A DNA stretch of 63,918 bases, filler included, from Streblomastix strix (GCA_008636045.1; 4 parts of 4 records of this genome joined end to end with filler, not necessarily neighbours in it); one strand, 5' to 3'. Counted from the first letter of the whole stretch, positions 39,738 through 52,478 are shown. The notes: a model not told the origin generated them from the letters alone. Made by a program: numbers and translations.

Positions 39738-42395
39738 ATGGAATAACTGGCAAACAACATTGAAGACAGTAAACTCATTGAATCAATCTTGAGCTAATCA
39801 ATTGAAAAGAATATTAAATGTATGACACTTGAGAAAGGACCAAAAAGGCAATATAATCGTAAATCAAAAACATATGAGAAAGCTAAAGTATTAATTGATC
39901 AGATGATTAATGAACAGACAAATGAACAGAATAATGAACAGATAAATGAATAAGAATAAATTAAAGAGTAATCTGATCCACAAAGTGATTTTGATTTATT
40001 CTATGAAATATTTTCTGAATGTTTCACTAAAGCTAATGAATAAATATAATCCAAAACAATCAAAGAGAGAATTGATGGAGCTATCATTGATTTATATGAA
40101 TATCGAAAATTCACTGATTTAAAACTTAAAAATAAGTAATAAACAGGACATATTGTTGATTTTAGTTTATGCAAAGACGATAATTTTTGTATTATTGATT
40201 TTGATATTGATCATGCTGGTAAATTGAATGAAGAAGAGAAAGAGAAAATACAATAAAATATAATCAATAATATTCTTCCAAAGAATGTTGTTTTAGTTCT
40301 AACTGCAAGAGGTGGAATACATGCATATTGCAATAGGAATAGGTATAAATTACAAACAAACAGAAATGAGAAAGTGATAGTATATGATGATAATCTTGAA
40401 ATTGATATCTTTGCATAGATGTATACACATAAAGATGGTGAACTAATAGCGAATCGAGTAGTACTACCAAATAGTAAAGTAAGAATCATAGAAAAAGGAG
40501 TCTAGAAAAAAGATATACTTCATTGTAAAGAACTTAACGATTGGTCTAATGCTCTTCGTCTAGCTTCCTTGCATAATATTCTTGGTAGTTGGAATGAAGA
40601 TTTAATAGCAAAAGATGATGACATTTCTAATACAGTTTCATACGATTGTATACTTGAAGCAATGCCAATTGAGATAGCTGATGCATGTATATAATGTTTG
40701 AAAGGACTAACTATTCACATTGATACAAACACATTAGCAAAAAAGATAAGTTTACTTCCATTATTCAAGGGACTAAACGGATTAGAATAAACGAAAGATA
40801 AATATTATAAAGAATATACCTATATAACTGTTTATAGAAATAATATACTCACACCAAAAGCAAATGAACATTGGAGCGATAGAAAAGGAAGATATTCCAG
40901 TAGAGCTAATGCATGGATACTAACGAAAATTATTAAACTTCATAACAAAGAATACTATGAAACAACTCTTAAACCTTTACTCAAAAAGAGATTACAAGAA
41001 AAAAATAATTAAAAGCATGAGATAAAATTGGAGACGATTGAAAAATAAAGAATTGCTATCAATGATCCATTCATATTTGGAAATATAAGTGAAAAAGCAA
41101 CAAGAGGAGAATATAAAGAAGAAGCAGATATTGCAACTGATTTAACTAAGGTAATTAGATACTATGCAGGTGAATCTTGATTAGTGCTTATAATCAAAGA
41201 ATATGATGCCTAATAAGATATTAATGTAATGAGCAATAAAACAAAGACTAACGCCTATGAATAAATGCACATAATTAGATTATGTGGTTATAGTAAAAAA
41301 CATATAAAAGTATAAGATATTTTCGAAAAATATGATGGATAATATGTTGTTGAAGGAGTTAGATTCAATTCAGATAATCCAGATGTATTCAATGTCTTTC
41401 AAGGATTTAAGTATGAAAAATTAGAATAAGTGGATGAATCAAAGATAGATATGTTCATTAATCATCTGACATATGGAACAATTGCAGGAGAAAACTAAGA
41501 GGTTTTTGAATATATTCTTAATTGGATTGCATTCATTGCATAAAACGCAGGATAAAAAACTAGAACAGCTATCGTTCTTCAAGGACTATAGAGAATTGGT
41601 AAAAACAGATTCACTGATGCTATTTCAGAAATGTTCTCACGATATAGTCAACCAAATATATCTACAATCGAAGAATTCACAGGAATATTCAATTCAGTTG
41701 TTGAGAATGTAATGTTTGCAGTTCTGAATGAAATGATAAATTATAATAAATCTAAGAAAGGTATTGCACATGCAATGAAGAAAATAATTACAGATAAAAC
41801 TATAAGAATTAATGAGAAAAATTACTCAAGACGAAGAGCTGAGAATGTAATCAATACAATAATAGTAACTAACAATGATTACCCAATCTAATTAGATAAT
41901 AGAGATGGACGTTATTTAGTGATAAAATGCAAAGCAGTTCATAGAGGAGATCATGAATATTTCAATATGCTGAGCAAAGGAATGGATAAAGATTTTTATG
42001 ATAATTTATTAACATTCTTCCTAAACAGAGATATCTCAAAGTTTGATCCAACTGATTTTCCTTTGTCTGATGCAAAGAAATAACTGCTAAATGTTTGTCG
42101 AACACTAGTTGATGATATTATTATCAAAAACTATTAGAAATTTAAAGATGACATTCCTATATCAGAGGTAAGCTAAATGAAACCAAATAATTGGAATGAA
42201 CGAAGCTTCAAACATTCGATCTTGCAAAAACAAACTGAACAAAGAATATGTATAGATAAAAAATAAGTTAGAGTATTTAAATTACTTGAAGAAAATTATT
42301 CAGTTTATGACGATATGATAAATGATCTAGATAAAGAAGAATAACGTGAAGAATAAGAGAGAATAGAAAATGCAACTGAATATTTTACTGAATGA
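39738..42395 (+). CDS. Prim-Pol plus SF3 helicase, copy 2 (885 codons, one in-frame TGA at 41178-41180)
   Basis: FCIIDFDID, LVLTARGGIHAYCNR, NRVVLPNS. Helicase TAIVLQGLQRIGKNRFTD (Walker A), FAVLNEM (Walker B variant), IIVTNN (motif C). No frameshift. Confidence 0.88.
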
Positions 42396-43092
42396 ATATT
42401 ATTTTTGTTCATAAACTGTGGAGAATTAATGTGAAATCCTTGTTGTGACAGATTCTGTTTTATTCTGTCTTAATTATATTAGTGATGTTCACTAGCCATG
42501 GAATATTAATGTGAAATCCTTGTTGTGACAGAAAAGACAAGACAGAAAAAAGTTTATCGTCTAATGTTGATGTACAGATGGACAGTTGGACTGATTATAA
42601 AAAAATCATGTATGATGTATAGTTGACGTATTAGAATCAATACGTTTTCATATATCTGTACCGATTATGTTGGTTCTAAGCAATAATATTCATTCCAATA
42701 TGTTTGGTGTCGAATAATGGATGGAATCCAAATCTGTCTAACTATCCATCTGTCCATCAACTTTTGGTGTCTCTTATTTTTCTGTCTTGTCTTGTCTTTC
42801 TGTCTTGTATTGAATTTAGATCTAATCCTCCATAGCTAGTGAATATCACATATAAATGTACAAGATAAACAAGATAGAAATAATGAAAGTGGACATTTTG
42901 ATTCAATTACTATGATTATCGCGAATCATTAATGAACACACATCAAAGCAAAAATAAATTCGAGCAACCGACCGACCAACTATTATTTTTGTCAATTTTA
43001 TGGTTTCTATCCTGCACACTTGTATATATGAACAATTCATTTCATTTATCCACTTCGCTAACACACACCACTAATGCAAAAATGAATCATAT

Positions 43093-43500
43093 TCATTGAT
43101 TATTTGGTTAGTTATATCGATCAATTATCTCACTAATTTAAAGAAAATCCTGTACGTTAGTTATGATAGTTTTCTAAAGACGTCGAATAAAAAGGAGTTA
43201 TAAATCGTATGCAGATGCACGGAATTCCTATCGCTGAATTCTATACTTTTATTAGGCACGAGATCGTTACTCTGCGGCAATGCGTTCGGCTTCTTCTTGT
43301 GAGCAATATTTTTTAGGTCTACCTCTTGGTTCTATTTTCTCCTCATTTAATTATGTCTATTGAATAGGATTAAATGATTGATCGATTAGCGGAGCATGAA
43401 GCACTTCATCAGTTGGAATGGATTATGTTTCAATCAATTATAAAACTGGTTTCTTCGATTATCTTTTACGGACTTGTTTTGTTTCACTGATTGCTTGCAT
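43093..43500 (-). CDS. Small AT-hook DNA-binding protein, 135 aa
   Basis: Intact frame MQAISETKQ..EPRGRPKKYCSQEEAERIAAEQR..YNQPNNQ*, with an AT-hook RGRP core followed by a basic helix. Confidence 0.75.
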
Positions 43501-43519
43501 TTCCTTTTAAGAAAAACTC

Positions 43520-44478
43520 TCAATTACTTATATTAAATTAACTTTTATAATTTGCTGGTAATGAATTTATATCATCACTAAAAAATTTACAATAATATAT
43601 AGGTAATTCAATAACATTAATTTTTTCATAAGAATTCAATAATTTACACTCAACATTACCGTTCTTATAAGCAATGAATGTTGCTAACTCATTGAATTAA
43701 CGTCTCTATTTCTAAAATCTTATAAGTAATCTAGAGAAATCAGCGTGGATCATTAATATATTTCCACTTTTGAAAATTATTAAATTCTATTGTTATTGCC
43801 TTTTCATTACTTGTTCCAATTACGCATATCTTTGTCGTATGAATTTACCATCTAGCTCTCTATTTTACTACACTTATTTTGGAGTAAATCTGTTCATAAA
43901 TGCAAGGTGTGGAGTTTTATTGTAAATCAACCATTTATTCCATCTAGCTAGGCGTTGCAAAACCTTATAAATCTTATCAAAATCCGTTTCTGATTGTGCG
44001 AATGACGCTATAAACTACTCTGTTATGTTATATAAATGGAGAACCTGTAAAATATAATGATAACATATTATCATCACAAAATTTTCTAATAAGATTAGCT
44101 TTAAATCCAGTTTCACCATCACCTCTAATATTGGTAACGTATATTTAATTAATGAGCTTCTTTAATGCAGCTAATATAAACGTAGCATTTTTCTCATCTA
44201 CAATTAATGGAATGACAACAAAATATTTTGTATTAATGTTGGTCGCAAGTAAATAATGCTATCTCCTTTGAGTAACTGGATTAACACCGAATACAAGATC
44301 AATCTCCCAAGATCCAAGTTTTGGAGAAAAATATGGGCGTTAGAGTTTGTTTAATGGCTTCACTTTATTATTTTTTATTTAAGTTTATTGTATTATCTTC
44401 ACATTTGTTAATTTTTTCATATTGTTTGATCTTTGATTTGAAAGGAAATAATGAAAGAGGTTTTTGAGGCTAATTTAT
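43520..44478 (-). pseudogene. Retroviral-type (RVE) integrase of Polinton type, disrupted
   Basis: RPYFSPKLGSWEIDLVF (D1, 44298-44309), NIRGDGETGF (D2, about 44112-44123), HNRVVYSVIRTIR (third acidic residue replaced), YNKTPH. TGA at 43977-43979 and frameshifts; ends approximate. Confidence 0.85.
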
Positions 44479-44850
44479 TCACTAGATTTATTCAGTGACA
44501 TATGATCTGTTAGAATCTTGGCTTTTGATAGATCTAGCTCGTCTTAATGGATCATTATATTTTTCTGCTTCTGTTTAATATATTTCGAACCATTCAAGTA
44601 GTGTCTTTCCACTTATCTATATTTCATTTGCATGATTAATTAAAATATTTTATTCTTCTTTACTTGGTGTTATTTGTATATTTGATATAAACTGTACAAA
44701 TTTCATTATTCCAATATTTGAGTTCGCTAATTGTATGAGTTACTGCAACATATTATGTGATTCATATTCTATTTATTCATCTGTTTATGCAAATCTTGCT
44801 AACAATAATCAGTAAATTTTATCTTAATTAGCTTATGAATCTCTGTTCAT
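44479..44850 (-). CDS. Hypothetical element protein (123 codons, in-frame TGA at 44809-44811)
   Basis: ATG..TGA frame MNRDSQANQDKIY*LLLARFAQ..GKTLLEWFEIYQ.. Confidence 0.45.
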
Positions 44851-44875
44851 TTCTATTCAAAAATAATTATAGACA

Positions 44876-45025
44876 TCAGTGACAGATCTTACTCTCACAA
44901 GCATATTTGATAGCGGCTTCCCAAACAAATTTTCAGATAGACTTCCAATCAATATTCAATGATTCTAGAGCATCAATTGCAATAGTAATGTTAGCAGATA
45001 ATGGTTCAAAGATAGGCATTTTCAT
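44876..45025 (-). CDS. Small hypothetical element protein (49 codons, in-frame TGA at 44933-44935)
   Basis: MKMPIFEPLSANITIAIDALESLNIDWKSI*KFVWEAAIKYACESKICH, tightly packed between neighbours. Confidence 0.35.
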
Positions 45026-45044
45026 TAGTGCAAAAATAAATCAA

Positions 45045-45524
45045 TCACTCTAACGTTTTAACGAATCCATCTAATTAATTTATATAATTATCTCGTATTT
45101 CTCTATATTCTTCACAAACATTATGAAGCTTATTTTCGACACTACATTCAGAGCTCATCCATAGAATCTCATCTTTTATTCTATTTTTAAGCGACATTCG
45201 CTTTTCAAATGCAGTATCGCAATATGCCTCATCAAAATATAATTCATCAAAGCATATAAGATCCTTTTTACTATTTATTTTCAGTAATTCACCTGCAAAT
45301 CTTAAATAGGATGCTTAATCGAAACGTACTGGCTTCTTTTTATTAGTTCCACAAGATAATCCATCAGTAATTTTTGCATCTATTTTTCTTTCACAGTTGT
45401 CCAATCCATCAAGTAGCATTTATAATTGCGCAGATAAGTTGCTTAAAGCTCATGTTTATTCTATCGATTGTATACATTATTTTAGTGTATTAACTACTTC
45501 GTTTTGCTTTTTTTATTTACTCAT
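45045..45524 (-). CDS. Hypothetical element protein (159 codons, in-frame TGA at 45450-45452)
   Basis: MSKQKKQNEVV..EQT*ALSNL..PVRFDQASYLRFAGELL..LDGFVKTLE*; no frameshift. Confidence 0.5.
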
Positions 45525-45548
45525 TTCGATTAAGTAAAAATAATATAA

Positions 45549-47918
45549 TCACTATTTAATAAAATAACTATCTGCACTAATATTATTGATAAATGGAATA
45601 TATGATTGATTCGATAATACTATCATCTTAGTATGAGATCCCATGATTGCATTTTTCTCCATTTTCAACCTGCTAATAGTACCTTTCCTCTACGCTAATG
45701 TTGTATTAATAGCTGTTGCAAAAGATCCTTTGTTAATGCAGTCTATAAATGTTTGTTCATTAATCTATGGATTTTAATCCAAAATAACGCCTTTAAAAAT
45801 AATCTCATTATTAATAATATAATTTTTAGGTGATAAAACTATGCAATTATAACCATATTTTTCCATATCAATATGAAGTATTTATTTCTATCCATTCTCC
45901 GAAAACACACAATCTTTGTATCTGTCAAAGAACCCCTAGTTCTTGATGACTTCATCAAATAACTGTTCTGGACCTCTGTTTGGATTACCACTAATTGCCC
46001 AAGTTAATGAATCAGTATCTCCTTGTACAAAGTGCATCCTATTCATATCATACGCTTTGTGCATAAAATTATATATGAAATTAACATACCAAAATTTCGC
46101 AGAATCTAATACAAAATAAGCAACTTATAAACATGTATTACACCTGCAATTTTCTCTATCTACTTATACAGCATATAAATCATTATTTAACTCAGTCGAA
46201 TGAAAGAATTCACCCATCATATGCTATATGAATGTCATATTTGCAGAGAGTAATCTTGTATTTGAATACTTTTCACTATTCAATGCACCACCTCCAAATG
46301 CTGAATTCAATGTTAACTTACAGAATTATGATAATCCTTCATTTTTATCATCTTTCGCTTGCTATCGAAGATTCAAAAATTCTTTCACGAATGAGTTGAA
46401 ATTAGTGTGTTTCGTGAATATTGTAGCACTACAGGGTGGGGAATAATTCCATGGCCGAAGTTCAGAACAGCAAAGGTATATCTATGAATAATTAAATATA
46501 AATATATATATGATACATTGTATTATAGACATTTTTAAACAAAACATAAATTTCATACTCATAGGGGTTGGTATGGATTTTTATGATCTTTAGTTTTATA
46601 CTCATGGAAAAAAAATTTAAAATTATATGCTGCTCCAAATTTTGAGAACTTTTATATCTGATGTATATATATGTACTACATATACATATATATACATAAT
46701 AAAAATATAATACAATGTATCATATATATATTTATATTTAATTATTCATAGATATACCTTTGCTGTTCTGAACTTCGGCCATGGAATTATTCCCCACCCT
46801 GTAATTATCTCATCAATTTCATTATGACATGTATCAATTAGTAGCCATAAATAGTAGTTATTGAATGACATTATTTCATTTTTGGTATTCTATAAATTCG
46901 TTAATTTACGTTCAGTTTTATCATGCGGAAGTTAGTAATTGACTAGATGGTTTTAAAGAAATTCGCCAATTGTCTCTTTATTTGTTGTGATATCAATATT
47001 TTTCAGAATAGAACCTCAATTGATAACTTCATTCAAATATTTCTCATCAACATGACCCTTAATCTCAGCTACAAATATTAACATTTTATCGGCTACTAAT
47101 GGATCTTCAGAATATCTATTTTAATCATATATTAGTGTTTTGCATCTATCTTAATCAGTAATCTTTACAATAATTTATGCAAACATATATATTATATGAT
47201 TTATGTATGGATTTAACGTATTTGGTTCACTGATCATAACATTTGGGTATTAACTATGAAAATCTAACTAAACTACATGAGTAACCACATAATCTGAATC
47301 TATTGAATATATATATTTGTTTTCATAATCAAATTCGAAATGATTAATTCTCGTTTCTCCTGCAATATTGTATCTGTGTATCACATTTGATATACCTCCT
47401 GTAATATCTTTACGCAATAATTGATATCTTTCATCGCTCGTTAATGTCACGGGTAATTGTTTAATTAACGCATATTTCTTTAATTGTACCATTAGTTTCA
47501 TTTAGTTTTCTTCACTATTACTTTTGTATACATTACAGTACAAATAACATGGAATTACATTATCTTTTGAATGTCCATTGTTATTATCTATTCTATCTAA
47601 TGTGGACCAATGTTTCCATGTGAATCGTGCGTTGCACATATGGCATCGTTAATTCTTGAATATTTCTTTAAAATAATCATAATTATCAATCGTTACGTTA
47701 TTGTTTGAATCTTTATTCTCTTTACTATCTTATTCAATATAATTATCCACTTTAGCTCTCCAATAACACTATGTGATTTCGATTGATTTATCTGTGCTTT
47801 CACAATTATAATCTCCATTGATATTAAAACCATTATATGCCATAGAATATTTGATTGCATTAGAGCACTAAGACATAGATAGATTGGCTAACATGTCCAC
47901 TTTAAATTTGAACATTAA
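45549..47918 (-). pseudogene. Protein-primed family B DNA polymerase (5' part missing) with internal HNH domain; interrupted by a MITE and a TGA at 47016-47018
   Basis: LRKDITGGISNV (YxGG), LDFHSQYPN (motif A), CKLTLNSAFG (motif B), FVQGDTDSL (motif C), LSPKNY. The frame is restored when 46432-46803 is removed; stop at 45549-45551. Confidence 0.92.
46432..46801. mobile_element. 370-bp non-autonomous Tc1/mariner-type MITE with perfect 96-bp TIRs and TA target duplication
   Basis: TA|CAGGGTGGGGAATAATTCC..GGAATTATTCCCCACCCTG|TA; arms 46432-46527 and 46706-46801 are exact reverse complements. Confidence 0.93.
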
Positions 47919-48018
47919 NNNNNNNNNNNNNNNNNNNNNNNNNNNNNNNNNNNNNNNNNNNNTTAATTAATTAANNNNNNNNNNNNNNNNNNNNNNNNNN
48001 NNNNNNNNNNNNNNNNNN
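47919..48018. other. Artificial contig linker
   Basis: N/TTAATTAATTAA/N block. Confidence 0.97.
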
Positions 48019-48142
48019 AAGAAAATAATAATAATTAATAAATTAATAAATAATCGGGAAAAAAGAAGAAGAAAGGTAAAAAATATTCAGATATGGAAAA
48101 AGATCCAGATCAAGAAATCAAAAATAATGAATCATAATAAAA

Positions 48143-50936
48143 TCAAAAGAAACAATAAGAATAACAATAAGTAAAACAAACCTCGAAAACAAATTTAAAC
48201 AAAACTAATTCAAATTCAAATTCATCATCCTTATCAAATTCATTATTTTTGATTTCTTGATCTGGATCTTTTTCCATATCTGAATATTTTTTACCTTTCT
48301 TCTTCTTTTTTCCCGATTATTTATTAATTTATTAATTATTATTATTTTCTTATTTATTATTTTCTTACTTCTTTGTTTTGTTTGAGTTGACACTTGGAAT
48401 AAAAATTTATTATGATGATTAATTTCCATTATTTTCAATTTTTTCTTCAATTTGGTTGAATTACCCCAAATTATGATTAGTTTCATTCACATTTTCTTAC
48501 TCATCTTCTTTCCCACATTATTATATTAATCTCCTTTCCATCATTTCCTAATTAAATTTGTCTTCTATTTATTAGAGCTGCTAATTTAATATTTCTTTCT
48601 CATCATCATCATCATTAGTCTTATGAAACAACTTGAAAGGTGTTGTATGTGCAATCGGAGGTGACATGGGTTTATCATCATTTGATTTGGGTTGTGAAAT
48701 ACTCAGTTAAACTGGAAGTGAATAAGGATTATGAATCTGTGATTGTGATTGTTAATTAGTTTGTGTTTGTGTTTGTGATGATGAGAATTAATTCTATTAA
48801 GATGAAGATGATTATATTGATGAAGGAGTAAATGGAGAAGTGATCTCAGAATGCTGTTAATTGAATTATTGTGATGATGTTTGATTTATTGAGATTTATC
48901 CTAATTCTGGTTTAGTGTCATTTTCAACCTGGCTGAAAGATCCAGCATATATAATAGATTGGGAAGGTGCATAATATTTCTATAGTTAGTTGGATTTCTC
49001 AATATCTTACGTTTTTTAGCTATGATCATAGAATTTGTACATCGTGTTCATGGCACATACTAACTAGATAAATCATTAAAAATTATATTATAATAATTGA
49101 GTTTATCAATGAAATAAGAAAATAAATAAATTTATATTCAAATATCTTTTCTTTAATATACATTATATACTTTTTCTTTGTTCCTAACAAACAGTCTAAC
49201 ATAATGCTCTTCAAATACATCAGATATCATCAATGATACATGTGCTTTGCCAATATGAAACTTTTTGGCTTAATTTGAGTAATAATAAAATAAAAGATTA
49301 ATAAAAAACATAATTAAATAAATTTAATATTAATATTAATATTCAAAATTCATTATTTTAATTCTATATATATATATATATATATATAATTACACGGTTT
49401 TCCTCCTTTGCATAGAAGAATGATATATTATCAACAGGATTCTGATCCTTCAAAGCGTAGTTTATTTTTCTTTCCTTCAGAATTAGATCAGATTTGACTA
49501 AATGACCAGAAGATGCATTAACAATATCATCTTCTGTGGGCTGATTGGAATAAATAGAAATTGTTAATATATGATTAAATAATTATGATATAATAATTAA
49601 ATAAATAAAATTAATCACTCATAAATATAAATAGTAATTTCATTCTTTCATATTTTCATACAGTTGGTCTGTTCCATTCTTTAGATATGAGTGCTTCAAG
49701 AGCTAATTTATATAAATCACGTTATCTGATGCGCTTAATTAATTTCTGAGATGAAAATTAAATAAATTAAAAAATTAAAATTTAAGAAATTATTGAATAA
49801 TTAATTAAGAATAAATAAATATAATAAATAATAATGATATAAACCTAAGCTTCTACTAACCTCGGATCTTATGACATCTCTATCAAACTTAGAAGACTAT
49901 CTGAGAAGCGACAATATCTATTAAAATAATTATCAAATAAATAAATAAATAAAATAAATAAATAAGTAAGTAAAATAATTAATTAATTAATTAATTAATT
50001 AATTAACAATTTTAAATTATCTTTAATTAAAAACACATTCTTTCATTTCTTTCTATTAGATATGTCATACTCGGATGGACTATCTATACTCTATGAAATG
50101 TGTAGCACACTATCTGCAAGTATGAATATATCAACTATCATATATTCGAGAGCTTGAGATACTTTATGTGAATAAACCTTGTGAAATAGATGAAAATAAT
50201 AAAAACATATAAAAAATGAAAAATAATTCAGATAAATATTGATAATTTTAGTATCTCATTTAAATATATATTCCTTCACACTTATTTATGCATTGTATAT
50301 CTCATATGAAACATCTCATATAAGGAATATATCTCCTTTGATGGATAACAAATCTCATTGTCTATTACTCGGCTGAACATCATTAATCTGAAAATAATAA
50401 ATTAAATATAATAAATAATAATAAAATAAATAATAATAAATTAAATATCATAATTTGAATATAATAAATTAAATATAATAAATAATAATAAATAATAATA
50501 AATTAATTATAATAATAAATTAATTATAATAATTTGAATATAATAAATTAAATATGAATTCCCACCTTGAACAATCAAATGACATTTTAATTCCACAATA
50601 GTAGCAGTCTCTTTCCAAATAGTCAAATTTATCCACATCGACTGAATTTCTTTTGTTGCTCACAATATCTGATAGAAATGCATATGGAGATGTACTGAAT
50701 AATAGAATAGAATAGAATAAAATAAATATAAATATAAATAAGAAATAATAATTTTATTATTTTCTTACTAATTATTCTATATCTATATATTAATATAATA
50801 TTATCTATTCATTATCTATAAATTAATATCTAATATTAAATTATTCAATCAATACAAATATATAATATATCTAATATTAAATTAATCAATCAATACAAAT
50901 ATAATATATTAAATAATATTAAATAATTCAATCAAT

Positions 50937-50980
<44 letters not shown>

Positions 50981-51719
50981 TAATAAATACATACTCATCT
51001 CTTTCCCCAATTACATATGCCTATACTTATCTTATATCTTCATCACTCATATCAATATTGTTCTCTTTAACTAGCTTCTCAAATAATGCACAGGACATCT
51101 CTTCATGCTCAAAATGGACATTTTCACTGTGGATATAAAAATAAATATAAATAATATTGTTACTAATATAAAATAAAGAGTAATTAAATTAAACCGTGCG
51201 ATGTTGATAAATCCCTCAAAGCAGTGTGAGAATGGACCATGACCTAAGTCATGAACAAGACCCGCTATTTCTACAAGTTCACAGTGATGTTGAGTCAGCT
51301 GTTTAATGAAATGAAATGTAGGGAAAAATAATGTATTTTTTTTAAAAAAAATTACCACAAGTATTAACAAACATTCAATTCGGGCTAGTCTAACATCAGA
51401 CGTTTTGCAAGTTTTCCTGCAAGATGAGCAACCCCTGAAAGAATATAATAATTTAAAACCCAACAATTTGGAATATGAAAACAAAAATAACTACAAACCC
51501 AAACAATGTTCAAAGCGAGTGTGTGTTGCTCCTGGAAACACATATTGAGTAAGTCCTAATTGTTTTAAATCGCGTAGTCTGCAATGATAAATTTAAATAA
51601 ATAGGTGATGAGTTATAAGATTGAGCACACCTTTAAAATTCTTGTGTATCAACTATCCTCATCACTTTTGCTCCAAACATGATGTGTCCATGAACTGGGT
51701 CATTAATAACTTTAGTCAT
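48143..51719 (-). CDS. SAMHD1: SAMHD1-like HD-domain dNTP triphosphohydrolase (no SAM domain), multi-exon, low-complexity tail
   Basis: [88 protein letters not shown]. The 3' end is uncertain because of a fold-back at the contig edge. Confidence 0.92.
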
Positions 51720-52478
51720 CTATTAAAATTGAAATGAATCAAAAATAAATATATAGATTCGAATGCAGTACATCAAACAGTGTTACAAAAAAAGTTCATT
51801 AGCGTTTCATACATTGATTTAGAAATTAAATTGGTGATTAATATAATAATAAGTTAATAAAATATTTTTATTTTAAAATTAATAAATAATTTTGATAATT
51901 AAACAAAATTAGATGAGAAAACAAGACTTTTTATTTAAATTTTTCTTTTGAATGCAATTTGGATAAAAAATATACAAATTTTGAAAAAAAAATATTATCT
52001 CAAATAAAATGAAATTGATAAATCACTTTAGTTATTGTACACTGAATTGCAAGCAGTTATATTTTCAATAAATGATTCGCTTTTCCCACATATCCAGAAA
52101 TCAATTCAACATCAAGTATTTAGATATGCTTCATAATTTATCATTCTTTAATAATTCATATTTAATTTTGCTTTATACATTTTCTATTATGCATATTGAT
52201 CAGAATATATTTTATTCGATGTATTTTGACAATTTAGATCTATTATTTTTTTATTTTTCTGAATTTTTTATGTATTTTTCTTTAATTGCATTATATAATT
52301 TTTCTGGACCCAATATTTTCCAATTAATCCTTTAGTAACTCCATTTTTTGCAATTTAAATTTTTTTTAAAATTATAAATTGCACGCAATCAATACTACTA
52401 ATTTATGCTTTTTATTAATAATATATTATAATATATTTTATTTATTTATATTTATTTTTTATAATTAGAATCTCATCA

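Larger units (their letters stand above)
38705..47918. mobile_element. Polinton/Maverick-like element copy 2 (left end intact, right part beyond the contig)
   Basis: Begins with AGTAGT, a typical Polinton terminus. Encodes primase-helicase, RVE integrase and protein-primed PolB; compact and intron-free. Confidence 0.85.

Noticed and set aside
32019..47918. Bacterial prophage or symbiont contamination as the source of the intron-free contig
   Set aside because: The genes need TAA/TAG = Gln like the host genes, carry an RVE integrase and a Polinton-type terminus, and host a eukaryotic-type MITE.
48019..48351. Perfect inverted repeat of about 114 bp (48019-48132 versus 48238-48351)
   Set aside because: It sits exactly at a contig edge and copies coding sequence of the SAMHD1-like tail, typical of a whole-genome-amplification fold-back chimera.
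50390..50990. AT-rich tandem repeats and (TA)n tracts
   Set aside because: They lie within SAMHD1-like introns; ordinary slippage repeats.
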